From the NCBI GenBank assembly GCA_946965045.2, contig OX337234.1, forward strand, positions 2,790,001 through 2,854,000: 64,000 bases of DNA, in the 5' to 3' direction. The position numbers were made by a program, and so were the translations under genes. The notes under the pieces are model-generated. The model did no database searches. It was given only the letters and a program-made list of their open reading frames with translations, and had not been told where the DNA came from. This DNA is from Epithemia pelagica. Taxonomy: Eukaryota > Protista > Bacillariophyta. This document shows positions 62,816 to 64,000 of this stretch, one piece after another (positions within the stretch are counted from its first letter, which is position 1; every line of letters starts with the position of its first letter).

Positions 62816-63078
62816 GTCGCAACTCAGCAATATGACCAGAGAAAAGAATAGGTCTAAGGTTAGATATGACGACACGGATACGCGCATGCAGCCGCAAAGG
62901 AAACGCGACTAAGTGGATCCATGGCATTGTAGATGGAGCTCAGCTGGTATCGAAGGCCAATGACGACGAAAAGCGCCTTTTGGGCCTCAACAAACGCGTC
63001 TATTTCATACTCCTAGTATTTGCATTCCAATATCCCTCCTTTCTCGCTTACTTTAGTTATCTCTCGCACCGAATCACT

Positions 63079-63831
63079 ATGGAGGATTCCTTTTGGACAG
63101 TGGTGTGGCGTGTGTCGATGTGGTTTCTGTTGGTGGTGGTCTTTCAAGTGGCCGTGGCACAGGTCTCAATCTTCCAAAATCAGAGCAAGGAAGCCAAACG
63201 TCGTTGGCAACATGCCATTACCGGTCATTTGTTGGTTCAAATATCCTACATTTTGCCATTAAGCATCTCGATTGGTGCCTTGTTGGTGGGTGCCAGTGGC
63301 ATTGCCTACCTGTGCTACTGTCAGCCCACCGTCTATTTGCAACACTTTGGACCACTGCTGCGGGCTGAAGAAACTACGGCGACAACAACGACAAAATCCT
63401 CGAAAAATCAAGGTGTCCCTATTACAGGACGATTGAGGCTTCCAGGAGCGTTTTATTTTTTAATTGGAACCGCCCTCACAGCCTGGATGTGTCCACTCAT
63501 GGAAGCTCGATATGCGGTGGAATGTTTGGCCTTGGCCGATCCCATGGCGGCCTGGATGGGACAAGTCATTGAGTCTCCCAAATTTCATGCCAAGGCGTCA
63601 TGGAGTGGATGTACAGCCTGTTTTGTGACAGCCTATGTGACCGGACTATTGTTTCTAAACGACCAGGATAGTGACAAGGATGAAACGCGTTTCTTCTATA
63701 CCACGTTTTTGCGACCCATGGTGGGAGCCTTGGCCTGTACCATTGCCGAAGCCATGCCCTGGGGAAACGACAATTTACTCATTCCGCTCATCACGGGAGC
63801 CGCGGTGACCTTTGTCGTACCGAGAAACTAG
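63079..63831 (+). CDS. CTP-dependent dolichol/phytol/diacylglycerol kinase family membrane protein
   Basis: Multi-TM; KRRWQHAITG, LPGAFYFLIG, LALADPMAAWMG, KASWSG, AEAMPWGNDNLLIP. ATG at 63079 preferred; the track ORF starts at 62866. Confidence 0.82.
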   Translation: MEDSFWTVVWRVSMWFLLVVVFQVAVAQVSIFQNQSKEAKRRWQHAITGHLLVQISYILPLSISIGALLVGASGIAYLCYCQPTVYLQHFGPLLRAEETTATTTTKSSKNQGVPITGRLRLPGAFYFLIGTALTAWMCPLMEARYAVECLALADPMAAWMGQVIESPKFHAKASWSGCTACFVTAYVTGLLFLNDQDSDKDETRFFYTTFLRPMVGALACTIAEAMPWGNDNLLIPLITGAAVTFVVPRN

Positions 63832-64000
63832 GATTGTCTGTTTGCTTCGCCGGGTCGCACTGAGCATGACAGAATCCACAACATTTTTCCCTGCCAAGGG
63901 TCCAGGAAGACACACCAAATACCAATAGCATCCAGGGAATAGGTCGCTGCAAGGTATGCCAAAAAATCTTGCTTTGGTGCCTCTTTATCATGATTGTTCA

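Overview
Eukaryotic nuclear DNA, most consistent with a pennate diatom. This rests on CoDi-type Ty1/copia elements, short GT-AG introns, compact gene spacing and diatom-type low-complexity proteins; the species cannot be determined. The first 10 kb is a transposon nest: a minus-strand copia element running off the left edge, a 599-bp TIR element (MITE), and a complete but internally decayed plus-strand copia element with a 5-bp target-site duplication (TSD). The rest is gene-dense: kelch/nitrile-specifier-like protein, LRR protein, SF-assemblin-like protein, EMC4, FkbM methyltransferase, a methyltransferase::D-2-hydroxyacid dehydrogenase fusion, RME-8/DNAJC13, DPH6, a GT10 fucosyltransferase-like protein, VPS53, disrupted bacterial-type N,N-dimethylformamidase-like and racemase-like genes, TruA, a minisatellite, an Fe-ADH-like gene, a tandem GNAT-like/ankyrin pair and a dolichol/phytol-kinase-like gene. 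Two observations stand out. (1) The complete copia element has no tRNA-type primer binding site (PBS); its PBS position is a perfect 14-nt complement of a segment inside its own LTR, suggesting Tf1-like self-priming. (2) The methyltransferase::dehydrogenase fusion is a candidate bifunctional enzyme for two consecutive steps of DMSP (or related osmolyte) synthesis. All product calls are from motif recognition by eye; no database search was run.
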